Translations under genes and position numbers: made by a program | Notes under the pieces: generated by a model | The model's database searches: none | Told to the model about the DNA's origin: nothing | The model's input: only the letters and a program-made list of their open reading frames with translations | Shown: piece after piece, positions 54,990-64,000 of the stretch | Layout of the letters: every line of letters starts with the position of its first letter | Numbering within the stretch: position 1 is the first letter of the stretch | NCBI GenBank assembly: GCA_965197645.1 | Contig: OZ240219.1 | Coordinates: 1,344,001 to 1,408,000 of the forward strand | Direction of reading: 5' to 3' | Origin: Dehalococcoidia bacterium | GTDB lineage: Bacteria > Chloroflexota > Dehalococcoidia > Plut-88900 | DNA length: 64,000 bases

Positions 54990-57890
54990 CTAGATCACCA
55001 GCGTGGCGTCCTTCGGCCTGGCTTTGCCGCCGTGTACAGACGGCTCGGCGCACCACTTGGCGGACAGGCGGCGCACAGCTTGATAAACCTCCGTATCGAA
55101 GCCCAGGAGATCGCAGATCACGCGCCGGTCTAGCAGGGCGCGGTTGGGGTCAGCATCCGCCAGATAGGCGGGCTTCAGCTCTTTGTCTCGAAACTCCTCG
55201 AAGATCATCTCCGCCATCACCAGCTGATCATCGGTGAGGGCGCGGAGGTCCAGCACAGATAGCGACTCGGCTTGGCGGATAGTCATACCAGCCTTGCTTG
55301 ACTGCTGGCGACTGGAGTGCCACCAGTAGGATAGCAGGCCCAAGGTGGAGTTGCTCCACACCAAGAAAGCGTAGTCGAACCGCTGGTCTGGGAAAATCAC
55401 ATTTGGCCATACTCGCCCGCCGATGGATTCTCTCTCTGTGAACGCAACAGCCAGAGCCTGGGAGCCAAAGGTGAAATCTCTGTTAAGGTGAGCACGGCTG
55501 GCAGTCTCCCAAACATCTGCGGCTTTGTCTTCCATTTGAGACCTGACAGTCAACTGGGAGTCTGGCTGGCAAGCCATCCGTGTCTCGTTCTTCGCATCGT
55601 GGTTCCACAGGGACGGATAAGTAGCTGTCGCACTTGGGGAGATCTTGTCGAAAGGACCACGAGGTCGCGGTCCCGTGATGTCTCGATCAACCAAGCCAAG
55701 TTTGCCGATGTCGCTGAGCAAGGTCATCTTCAACTCGGCCGGGGATTGGATTCCAGGTAGCCATAACTGGGACTGAGACAGGGCGTAGGCGGCCTGCGCC
55801 AGGGAATAGTCGGCTAGACGCACCGCGCTCCAACTCTGTCCCTCCTCACTTACTGGAGCAGTTACAGACTCCCCGGCCAACTCTTCACCCACCATCAAGA
55901 GCGTCCCTCCATACGGCCCACGCTCCAGGCGCCTAAACATTCGTACATCCGATAGGCTGCTCGACAGCGTGCTTGAGTAGGCAAACCCTTGTGGCCTGCG
56001 ATTGAAGGACGTGAAGCGCGCCCTGTTGTCGGTTGCTCCGCCTGGTCTGAGCTTGCGAGCAATCACCAGACACTCCGCCATCCCCGTATCGGAGGAGAAG
56101 GACATGTCATGACCGTTGGCCGCGATGCTCAGTACCGTCAAGTCCGTATAGTCGTGGGCGAGCGTCTGGCGGAAACCTTTCCAAGAAAGGCCGTTGGCCA
56201 CCGACAAAGGGAGCACAAGAGCCAAAACGCCGCCTGGCTTCAGCTTCTTGTGAGCTAGGGCCGCGAAGGCAGAGGCTATACCCGCATTGCCGTGATAACA
56301 CGTTCCTGCCGCACGCTTACCAAGCCTCTTTCCCATGCTTCTTTGATCTGTCTTGCTGGCATTGAATGCGGCGAAGGCTGGGTTGGTAATGTCCGCATGG
56401 GCACCTTCATGGTTGGTTGCCCTGGTAAAAGGCGGGTTCATTATCACCAGGTCGTAGCCCTCGTCGGGTATCTCGGCCCAGACCTGGGTTGCGGTCTCCT
56501 CGCCGGCGCTGCCGGTGCGCATGGCGGGGTCGCTGGTGTTGAACAGGGTCAGCACGTCGGATGACTGGAGAAGCTCCAGGGAGCCGATCATCACGCTGCC
56601 GTCCCTCATGCGGCCATAGGGCATGGTGTACAGGTGAGAGCTGTTGAAGAGTACGGACGGCTCCACGCCGGATAGGGTCGAGCCGGTGATGTGGACGGCG
56701 GATGGCATTACGTCGCAGCCGTAGAGCACCTCCTCCATCATCACCTTGTGAAGGGCGGCCCCATCGCCCCCAGCCCGCTCGTGGCGAGCGGCTATCTGCT
56801 CGTACACCGCCGAGAGCAACGCTCCGGTGCCGCAGGCAAAGTCCCCGATTCTCAGCTTGCCGATTGCGCCGGCATCCGACCAGTCCACGCCCTCCATCTT
56901 GGCCACGGCCAGCCGGGCCAGCAGCGCCGCCGATGCGGGCAGGGTGTAGAAGGTGGCGAGGTACTTGCGGTCGGCGATGAGCCGCTGGAAGATGCGGCCG
57001 GTGAGATCGTGGGCATTGTCCACGCCCGTCGCATTTACCACCTGGGCGGTGTCTCTCAGCCGTCGCAGGATGTCCGCCGCATCGGCAGAGGGCAGCTGCT
57101 CCAGGATGTCCTTGGCGATGGCGAAGATGGCCCAGTAGTTGATGTTCAGTATGTCGCTCCAAGCCGACAGTACCTTGGCCTGGGGGTTGTCCACGGTGTC
57201 GCCGCACACCAGCGCCAGGGGCTTGACGCCCTCATGCATGCCTGCGATGCGCTCATGGAACACCAGGGCGTTGGCGATGATGGCACAGGCCATGCGGCGG
57301 GTCTGGGGCACGTTGGTCATCCCCAGCAGGCGGGCTATGGACATGGTGATGCCGGAGCGAGTCTTGTTCAATTCGTCAAGGACCCGTGCCGCGCCGTCGA
57401 TTCCATCCTGAAGTGTTTTCGCGGCGTCATCTACAGCACGCTGAGGCACGGATACGAGCCGCACCATGTCCGCTACATCTTCGACCGATCCCTCCAGCCA
57501 GCCGGACTCCGGGAACCGGTCTTCTTCTCCGTCCTCGGTGAAGATGCAGTAGGAGAGGCGGGCCTCCGACAGGGAAGTGTGCAGATCGTCGGCTTCGCTG
57601 ATGCCCTCCGGGTATCGCAGAGCGATCACTGCCTCGATGACACGCCCGCTGGCCGCCACTTCCAACCCCAGGCGGTCCTTCGCCTCCGGTTCGACGGTAC
57701 GGGCGGGCATGTACTCCGCCTCAACCACCACTGGAGCACGGCCGGGGGCGACGATCAGGATGTCAGGTTGTAAGCCAGGGTGACCGGAGATGGCCTGAGT
57801 GTTCTCGGAGCGCACCTGGCTCCTGGGCAGCATATCCTGAAGCAGGCTGCCCAAGGCGTTGTTGGCGTTCGGCTCCGTCTGGCGCGGCAT
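54990..57890 (-). CDS. Single-chain restriction-modification-like enzyme (amino-MTase with N-terminal PD-ExE and C-terminal TRD)
   Basis: FYT, DFACGTG (motif I), NPPF (motif IV), QPDIL..VEAE. Confidence 0.8.
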   Translation of the reverse strand: MPRQTEPNANNALGSLLQDMLPRSQVRSENTQAISGHPGLQPDILIVAPGRAPVVVEAEYMPARTVEPEAKDRLGLEVAASGRVIEAVIALRYPEGISEADDLHTSLSEARLSYCIFTEDGEEDRFPESGWLEGSVEDVADMVRLVSVPQRAVDDAAKTLQDGIDGAARVLDELNKTRSGITMSIARLLGMTNVPQTRRMACAIIANALVFHERIAGMHEGVKPLALVCGDTVDNPQAKVLSAWSDILNINYWAIFAIAKDILEQLPSADAADILRRLRDTAQVVNATGVDNAHDLTGRIFQRLIADRKYLATFYTLPASAALLARLAVAKMEGVDWSDAGAIGKLRIGDFACGTGALLSAVYEQIAARHERAGGDGAALHKVMMEEVLYGCDVMPSAVHITGSTLSGVEPSVLFNSSHLYTMPYGRMRDGSVMIGSLELLQSSDVLTLFNTSDPAMRTGSAGEETATQVWAEIPDEGYDLVIMNPPFTRATNHEGAHADITNPAFAAFNASKTDQRSMGKRLGKRAAGTCYHGNAGIASAFAALAHKKLKPGGVLALVLPLSVANGLSWKGFRQTLAHDYTDLTVLSIAANGHDMSFSSDTGMAECLVIARKLRPGGATDNRARFTSFNRRPQGFAYSSTLSSSLSDVRMFRRLERGPYGGTLLMVGEELAGESVTAPVSEEGQSWSAVRLADYSLAQAAYALSQSQLWLPGIQSPAELKMTLLSDIGKLGLVDRDITGPRPRGPFDKISPSATATYPSLWNHDAKNETRMACQPDSQLTVRSQMEDKAADVWETASRAHLNRDFTFGSQALAVAFTERESIGGRVWPNVIFPDQRFDYAFLVWSNSTLGLLSYWWHSSRQQSSKAGMTIRQAESLSVLDLRALTDDQLVMAEMIFEEFRDKELKPAYLADADPNRALLDRRVICDLLGFDTEVYQAVRRLSAKWCAEPSVHGGKARPKDATLVI

Positions 57891-58080
57891 ACCGCTCTAT
57901 GAACCTATCGATCCGTAGTCGAATGGCATGGCAAACCCGTAGACAGTATCCCACCGGCTGAGCGGTCAAGTCCACCTGCTGGGCAGGAGTCTGTCAAGGA
58001 CAAGGCCGCTATCGGCCTCGTCCAGGTACCGCCGGCCAAGTCGGCTCACGTGGGCCTATTGAGAACGGGAGTTGGCGCCG

Positions 58081-59316
58081 CTACTCGTAGGTCCAGAGAT
58101 CGAAGTTCAGGTTTATCGTAGTGCCTTCGGAGTCCACTAGATTCGAGTCCGGTGTCGGGAAGGAAAACCCGGCGAGCTGGCTCTCGCCGACGATCAACGC
58201 CGGCCTGTCCTCCGCCTCCGCGCCAAAGGTGAAGGTGTCCGTGCCGTCGCCACTGAGAAGGGGGAGTCCCCAGCCTCCGGTCTCCGGGTCGAGGACATAC
58301 AACTCGACCTCTCCCTCGACAAAGACCGGCTCGCTGAACGTCACCTCGATGTTTCCATCTTCGTTGCTGGCAAGCTCCACGACTGCCGCCGCTTCCATCA
58401 TTCCGGGATCCATCGTTTCGGGATCCAACATCATCTCGTCCGGGATCTCCATGTACTGCGCGGGCGGTTCTATCTCATCCGTCTCATTGTAGCCGACGTA
58501 CCGGATGGTGATGATGTTCCGCTCCACTTCGTCCAAGCCTGCAATGGCGACCCTGGTCTCCCTGGTAAGGAAGTCATCGGCTCCGACAACCCTGATGAGG
58601 GTGCCGCCGGGGAACCCGAGTCCCTCCATCCCTGTCCCCTGACCTGCCTGATCGGAGACAAGCACATAGCCTCGGGTGCCGTCGTCAAGGTCAATAGTCT
58701 CGCTCAGCGTAGCGTCGGCGTCGGTCGGCACGTGGAGCAGTCCGACCTGGGATACTAGCCCCAGGAACTCGGCGTCCGGAGGAGTCCCCTTGAACCACAT
58801 GGCCGACTCCGGGTCCTGGAAGTAGGTGTCCTCCCCAATGAGCAGTGCTCTCATCTCGACCATCTGTCCCTGGTCGCTCAGGGTGATCGTGAAGCTGAAC
58901 TTGTCCGGCAGGACGATGGTGCCGTTCAAGCGTATCAAGCCTTCCTCGCCGCCTTCTACAACACCAAAGACGGCCAGCAGATTGATCTCCCCCTCGAAGG
59001 AGAAGCCGGTAACCTGTTGCATGGCCTGTACGTTGCACGAAAAGACGGTCGCGGAATCCTCGATCATGCCGCCGGGCGAACAGCCCATGGGATGGTCCAT
59101 ACCGTCTTCCATCTCGGCGGCGGCCGTTGCCGTGGGCGTTGCCATCGCCGTTGCGGTAGGAGTCGCCATTGCCGTGGCTGTAGGCGTGGCGACAGGCGTC
59201 GATACTGCAGTGGGTGTGGACACCGGCGTGGCCGTTGATTCGTCGTCGCCACCACAGGCGGCGAAAGCTGTCGCCGCTAGAACGATGGCCATTAACAGGT
59301 AGAGTCCCTTTTTCAC
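58081..59316 (-). CDS. Lipoprotein (LppX/LprA-like fold suspected) with PT linker
   Basis: Lipobox FAAC; TPTATAMA repeats; I..P motif. Confidence 0.7.
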   Translation of the reverse strand: MKKGLYLLMAIVLAATAFAACGGDDESTATPVSTPTAVSTPVATPTATAMATPTATAMATPTATAAAEMEDGMDHPMGCSPGGMIEDSATVFSCNVQAMQQVTGFSFEGEINLLAVFGVVEGGEEGLIRLNGTIVLPDKFSFTITLSDQGQMVEMRALLIGEDTYFQDPESAMWFKGTPPDAEFLGLVSQVGLLHVPTDADATLSETIDLDDGTRGYVLVSDQAGQGTGMEGLGFPGGTLIRVVGADDFLTRETRVAIAGLDEVERNIITIRYVGYNETDEIEPPAQYMEIPDEMMLDPETMDPGMMEAAAVVELASNEDGNIEVTFSEPVFVEGEVELYVLDPETGGWGLPLLSGDGTDTFTFGAEAEDRPALIVGESQLAGFSFPTPDSNLVDSEGTTINLNFDLWTYE

Positions 59317-59514
59317 AGAAGATTCCTTTCGATCAGAAGATCCGTATTCTGGCTAAGCTGGTGTGCTTTCTCTTTGACAATAGTATCACAGTGCCATTTC
59401 GGATGGGTTCCAGCTCGATTCCGGTCATGTTAGCTTGAACCGGGCCTGGGCGATAGGGGTAGTGGGGACCGTCTGGGAGCCAGACGGCCTCAGTTTCTGC
59501 TATCCTAATCCCCT

Positions 59515-60450
59515 ATGAGCAACATCCAGTTTGGGCCGCTTTACTTCCCCACGGACGAGGACTACGACCCCCTGGACCTGGCTGAGAAGGCCGAGGAGTG
59601 GGGCTATGACTACTACTGGATCCCGGACTACGTCACGCTCCCTTACTTGGACGCCTTCGTTCTGGCGACGGCTGTAGCTTCGAGGACGACCAAGCTGAGG
59701 ATCGGCACCGCCGTAACCCTAGCCCCTTTCCGTACCCCGCTTCAGTTCGCCAAATCGGCGGCATCGGTGGACGTGATGTCGGATGGCCGGTTTACCCTGG
59801 GCATCGGAGTCGGAGCCATTGACCGGGACTTCGAGGTTGCCGGGGTGGACTTCCACCAGCGAGGCCGAATAACCGATGAGACCATCGACGTCACCCGGCG
59901 ACTGCTCCACGAGGAGAAGGTCAGCTACGAGGGGCGATACTTTCGGTTCAAGGACCTGACCATCGGTCCCAGGCCGGTCCAGCCGAACCTGCCCATCTGG
60001 ATCGGGGCCTACGGCGGAGACGGCCTGGCCGAAGGAGTCCTCCGTCGCACCGCCAAGTACGGCGACGGGCTGTTCCCCACCGAGATCTCCCAGGCCGAGT
60101 TCAAACGGGTGCAACCCAGGATCAGGGAGATGGCGGCGTCCCACGGCCGCGATCCCGATTCCATCGGCTGGGGGCTTCTGACATGGCTCTGCTTCGGCGA
60201 TAGCGTGGAGCAGGCCCTCCGGACCACCAACCGGGAGATCGGGGGCCGGCTCGGTACGGAATGGGACACCAGGCGCGAGAACGGATACGCCCTGGGCACG
60301 GCCAAGGACATGATAGATACCATCGAGGGATACGTGGAGCTGGGGCTGACCAACTTCGTCATCGACCCCGGCTGTGCTCCAGCCGAGATACTCCCCCAGC
60401 TGGAGGCCTTCGCCAAGGAGGTCATCCCCCATTTCCGTGGATCGGGTTAG
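59515..60450 (+). CDS. LLM-class flavin-dependent oxidoreductase
   Basis: AEEWGYD..W, TTKLRIGT, GRFTLGIGVG, PRPVQP. Confidence 0.92.
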   Translation: MSNIQFGPLYFPTDEDYDPLDLAEKAEEWGYDYYWIPDYVTLPYLDAFVLATAVASRTTKLRIGTAVTLAPFRTPLQFAKSAASVDVMSDGRFTLGIGVGAIDRDFEVAGVDFHQRGRITDETIDVTRRLLHEEKVSYEGRYFRFKDLTIGPRPVQPNLPIWIGAYGGDGLAEGVLRRTAKYGDGLFPTEISQAEFKRVQPRIREMAASHGRDPDSIGWGLLTWLCFGDSVEQALRTTNREIGGRLGTEWDTRRENGYALGTAKDMIDTIEGYVELGLTNFVIDPGCAPAEILPQLEAFAKEVIPHFRGSG

Positions 60451-60454
60451 CGGC

Positions 60455-61387
60455 ATGGCGCCTGTCAAGTTCGGCGCCGTCTACCCGATGGGCACGCCCC
60501 TCGATGTGGTGGGCCCCCTGGAGCTGGCCGAGAAAGCGGAGGCCTGGGGCTACGATTCTTTCTGGGTGCCCGATCTGCTGACCGGCCCCGACCTCGACCC
60601 CTTCGTAATCCTCTCGGGCGCGGCGGCTCGAACAGAGAGGATCAAGCTGGGCACGGGAGTCCTGATAATGCCGGTAAGACCCCCTGTGCAGCTGGCCAAA
60701 ACGGCCCTTTCCCTGGACGCTCTGTCCGGCGGAAGGTTGATCCTCGGGGCCGGGCTCGGCGAGTATTCCAAGGACGTCAGAGCCGCTCAGATCGCTCCCG
60801 GACCCCGGGCCGAGCTATCGGACGAGGGACTGGAGGTACTTCGAAGCCTGGTTAACCGGACCAACGTTAGCCATCAGGGCCGTTACCACCAGATCGAAGA
60901 CCTCACTATGCTGCCCAGGCCTACCCGAAAGGGTGGTCTGCCTATCTGGACCAGCGCCGCCTGGAAGGGGCAGCTGGTGGACGGCCCGCTGAAGCGAGCG
61001 GCCCGGTACGGCGACGGGTTCATCTTCGATGCACCTCCGCCTTTCTACAGGCAAGCCAAGGAAAGGATATCCGAATACGCTGTCTCCTTCGGTCGGGACC
61101 CCGATGCCATGGAGTGGGGATGCTGGATGTTCACCTGTCTTGGGTCGTCCAAGGAGGAGGCGTGGAAGACCCTGGGCCGCCGCCTGGGCGAGATTCTGGA
61201 CCGTCCCACCGACGATCCCTCCAACGTAGGCTACGCTTTCGGTACCCCGGAGGACTGCCTGGAGACCATCCAGCAGTACATCGATATCGGCCTGACCCAC
61301 ATTTGCATCTCGGCCAAGTGCCCTCCCGAGCAGGTGGTAGAGCTGTACGAGACCCTTGCCAGTGAGGTCATACCGCGCCTGAAGTAG
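60455..61387 (+). CDS. LLM-class flavin-dependent oxidoreductase (tandem paralog)
   Basis: AEAWGYDSFW, TERIKLGTG, SGGRLILGAG. Confidence 0.92.
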   Translation: MAPVKFGAVYPMGTPLDVVGPLELAEKAEAWGYDSFWVPDLLTGPDLDPFVILSGAAARTERIKLGTGVLIMPVRPPVQLAKTALSLDALSGGRLILGAGLGEYSKDVRAAQIAPGPRAELSDEGLEVLRSLVNRTNVSHQGRYHQIEDLTMLPRPTRKGGLPIWTSAAWKGQLVDGPLKRAARYGDGFIFDAPPPFYRQAKERISEYAVSFGRDPDAMEWGCWMFTCLGSSKEEAWKTLGRRLGEILDRPTDDPSNVGYAFGTPEDCLETIQQYIDIGLTHICISAKCPPEQVVELYETLASEVIPRLK

Positions 61388-61424
61388 AGTCTCGGAGAGA
61401 ACCTCTCAACCCCCGGCGTGGCCG

Positions 61425-62774
61425 TCAACCCCTAGCCCTCGCCACCACCCTGTCCACGAAGGTGGGCGCCAGACCCAGGTAGCCAGCGGGGTCCAGCAGC
61501 TCGTCTATCTCGGTGGGGGACAGGTGGGGGCTAACCTCCTCCGACTCCAACAGCGTCTCCTTCAGTGATCTTCCCTCTTCGAACGCCTTCATTGCACAAT
61601 CGTAGACCACGTCGTGGGCCGTCTGCCGGCCCAGATTCCCGGCCAGCCTGATCATCACCCGCTCGGACATTATCAGCCCGTTGGTCACATCCAGGTTACG
61701 GCGCATGCTCTCCCGGTTCACGTTCAGATGGGATATCACCTCGATGGCCCGATGAATGGCGCCGGCGGTCAGGATGCAGGTCTCGGGGACGTAGTACCAC
61801 TCGGCGTGATAGGTCCGGCCGTCCCGCTCGTGTTCGTTGAGCAGTCCCTCCATGGCTGAGGTCACGAACCCCCTGACGATCTTCGAAACTGCCACTATCT
61901 CCTCGGAGCCGGTGGGGTTTCGTTTCTGGGGCATGGTGCTGCTTCCTACCTGGCCGCGGCCAAAGTGCTCCTCCACCTCGGAGAACTCGTTCTTCTGGAG
62001 CAGTACTATCTCGTTGCCCATCTTCGCCAGCGAGCCGACGATCATGCCCTGAACGGCGACGAACTCGGCCATGTTGTCTCTAGCCGTGTGCCAGGTTATG
62101 TCGGGCACTCCCAGGCCCAGCTCCTCCATCAGCTTGCTATGGACGTCCCACGCCTGCTCTCCCAGCGATGCCAGGGTGCCGGCGCCGCCGCTGAACTCAC
62201 CCACCAGAAGCCTGGGCTTGCACTGGTCCAGCCTCTCGATGTGCCGCCGTACTTCCGCCACCCAGACGGCCACCTTGTATCCGAATGTGATGGGAAGGGC
62301 CTGCTGACCGTGGGTCCGGCCGGCCATCACCGTGTCGCGGTGCCGTTCCGCCTGGCCCAACAGCGCCTCCTCTAGCCTTCTCATGTCCCGGTGCAGGATG
62401 TCGAACGCCTCCCGGAGCTGGAGCACCAGACCTGTATCCATGATGTCCTGGGTGGTAGTGCCCCAGTGGATATACTCGCCCGTATCACCCGGACAGTGCC
62501 TCTGAAGCTCGCGGATCAGCGGGACTATTGGATGGCGGGTAACGTCTATGTCCCGTTTCATCGCCTCGATGCTCATCTCCTCGGCGCGGGCGTGTTGAGT
62601 GATGACCTCGGCGGCGGTCTCCGGGATGATCCCCAATCGAGCCTCCACTCGAGCCAGGGCGGCCTCCACGTCCAGCCACTTCTGCAGCTGGTTCACCTCG
62701 GTGAAGATCGCTCGCATCTCGTCGGTACCGAACAGGTCCTTGAAAAATGGAGAGTCTACGACGCTGGAAGGCAT
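61425..62774 (-). CDS. Adenylosuccinate lyase / 3-carboxymuconate cycloisomerase family lyase
   Basis: HWGTTTQD, GRTHGQQA, GSSTMPQKRNP. Confidence 0.9.
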   Translation of the reverse strand: MPSSVVDSPFFKDLFGTDEMRAIFTEVNQLQKWLDVEAALARVEARLGIIPETAAEVITQHARAEEMSIEAMKRDIDVTRHPIVPLIRELQRHCPGDTGEYIHWGTTTQDIMDTGLVLQLREAFDILHRDMRRLEEALLGQAERHRDTVMAGRTHGQQALPITFGYKVAVWVAEVRRHIERLDQCKPRLLVGEFSGGAGTLASLGEQAWDVHSKLMEELGLGVPDITWHTARDNMAEFVAVQGMIVGSLAKMGNEIVLLQKNEFSEVEEHFGRGQVGSSTMPQKRNPTGSEEIVAVSKIVRGFVTSAMEGLLNEHERDGRTYHAEWYYVPETCILTAGAIHRAIEVISHLNVNRESMRRNLDVTNGLIMSERVMIRLAGNLGRQTAHDVVYDCAMKAFEEGRSLKETLLESEEVSPHLSPTEIDELLDPAGYLGLAPTFVDRVVARARG

Positions 62775-62929
62775 GGACGTCCTCCTGGTGGATGTGTGGT
62801 TGGGCCAATCGTATCACGGTTTCCCTTCGATGGCGGTACCCCTATGCTATACTGGCCCAGCCTTGGCCGGGCCGGTTAATCCGGCGGCCCACAGGCAGGA
62901 GATCCAGCTTGCAAGGGAGGTCTCGACAC

Positions 62930-63337
62930 ATGGAAAAAGAGGTCATCATCTCGCCGAAGATAGGCCCCAGCTTCTCCAAGACCACGGCTCACGGCATCAA
63001 GGCCGGCAACTTCCTTTTCATCACCGGCCAGGTAGCCAACAAGCCGGGCATCGATCCCAAGGAGGGCCGGGAGAAGGTGGGCGAGATGGGAGGCATCGAT
63101 GAGCAGGCGGAGCAGGTGATGGAAAATCTGAAGGCCATCCTGGATGAGGCGGGCACCAACTTCGACAACGTGGTCAAACGCAACGTCTACCTCACCCACC
63201 TCGCCGACTTCGATCCGGTCTACAAGGTGATGGAGCGCTACTTCTCTTCCGCGGTGGCCAGCACCGGCGTAGTGACCGGCCTTATTCCCGCCAGCGCCAG
63301 ACTGGAAGTCGAGCTCATCGCCATCGTCCCCGATTGA
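62930..63337 (+). CDS. RidA family protein
   Basis: FITGQV, ENLKAIL..AG..VVK, LEVELIA; GGAGG RBS. Confidence 0.88.
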   Translation: MEKEVIISPKIGPSFSKTTAHGIKAGNFLFITGQVANKPGIDPKEGREKVGEMGGIDEQAEQVMENLKAILDEAGTNFDNVVKRNVYLTHLADFDPVYKVMERYFSSAVASTGVVTGLIPASARLEVELIAIVPD

Positions 63338-63359
63338 CAATCTGAATCAGGAGGTACCG

Positions 63360-63785
63360 ATGTTTATCAGGCTGCATCACGTGGGTCTACTGGTCAAAGA
63401 CCTGAACACCACCAAGGAACTGTACTGCGATCAGTTTGGGCTGAAAGCGGGCAGGGAGTTCGACCTGGTCAGCGAGGACGTTCGAATCGTTAACATCCCC
63501 ATCGGCGACAGCATGATCGAGGTGAACCAGGTTATCAACGACGATAGCGGCGTCGGGCGATACCTGGCGAAACAGGGGGATGGGCTGCATCACCTCTGCC
63601 TGGAAACCGACGACATGGACGCCGACCTGGAGATGCTGACCAATCTCGGCTTTACCCTGATCAAGCCGCTATCCGTCGGCGATAACGGGCTGAAGGTGGG
63701 CTGGATTCACCCGAAACAGGCCCAGGGCGTGCTCATAGAGCTGTGGCAGAATCCGCCGGGCCAACCGGACACCTCCCGCACCTAG
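63360..63785 (+). CDS. VOC family protein (methylmalonyl-CoA epimerase-like)
   Basis: HHVG, GLHHLC, HPK..GVLIEL. Confidence 0.85.
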   Translation: MFIRLHHVGLLVKDLNTTKELYCDQFGLKAGREFDLVSEDVRIVNIPIGDSMIEVNQVINDDSGVGRYLAKQGDGLHHLCLETDDMDADLEMLTNLGFTLIKPLSVGDNGLKVGWIHPKQAQGVLIELWQNPPGQPDTSRT

Positions 63786-63863
63786 CAGGTGGTTGGAAAG
63801 CCCGTTTCGACCATACCCTTGGCCCCGTTCCTGGCCTGGAAGGGGGTAGAAAAAGAGAAAGTT

Positions 63864-63963
63864 TCTGAGGGACACCCCTTCGGCGAGCTCAGGGCAGGCT
63901 CTCAGACTCCCGGCCCCCAACGGCCAGTTCCAGACTACAAGGCTTCGCCCCTCTGTACACCCC
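63864..63963. repeat. Composite REP/MITE-like palindromic element
   Basis: TCTGAGGGACACC..CTCAGA arms interrupted by CCTTCGGCGAGCTCAGGGCAGGCT; ends GGCTTCGCCCCTCTG. Confidence 0.5.
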
Positions 63964-64000
63964 ATATTTCGACGTCTTGCTACGGCTGGGGAGCTATACG

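Noticed and set aside
59110-59230. 24-bp tandem repeats (similar tracts at ~46770-46910 and ~47470-47560)
   Set aside because: Encode ordinary Pro/Thr lipoprotein linkers.

Overview
High-GC bacterial DNA. By gene content it most resembles Chloroflexota/Dehalococcoidia (SAR202-like, possibly host-associated); this assignment is inference. The left ~37.5 kb is the right-hand part of an integrative conjugative element inserted at a tRNA-Ile(GAT) gene (37443-37519, minus strand); its left end lies outside the window. From left to right the element carries: a defence cluster (DruA/DUF4338-like gene, frameshifted CD-NTase, TIR/NDT-like effector) whose TIR gene is coupled to a hybrid sensor-kinase/response-regulator; a divergent 2833-aa adhesin; a minus-strand block (SNF2 helicase, five-HTH repeat protein, Zn-ribbon/TM protein) with very hairpin-rich spacers and a ~42-bp repeat array; a minimal T4SS (VirB6, two pilins, PrgI fusion, VirB4, VirD4) with a Replic_Relax relaxase; and an RHH-coupled large serine recombinase that reads through the tRNA. 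The right ~26 kb is chromosomal: an SdhAB/HdrB-like operon with a divergent flavoprotein active site, an IS481 remnant, DegV, a K+ channel, M16 peptidase, CotH lipoprotein, an orphan HNH-DGQH protein, an Aas-like enzyme, an MBL hydrolase, a single-chain RM-like enzyme, two LLMs, a lyase, RidA and a VOC epimerase. All calls come from motif recognition by eye; no searches were run.
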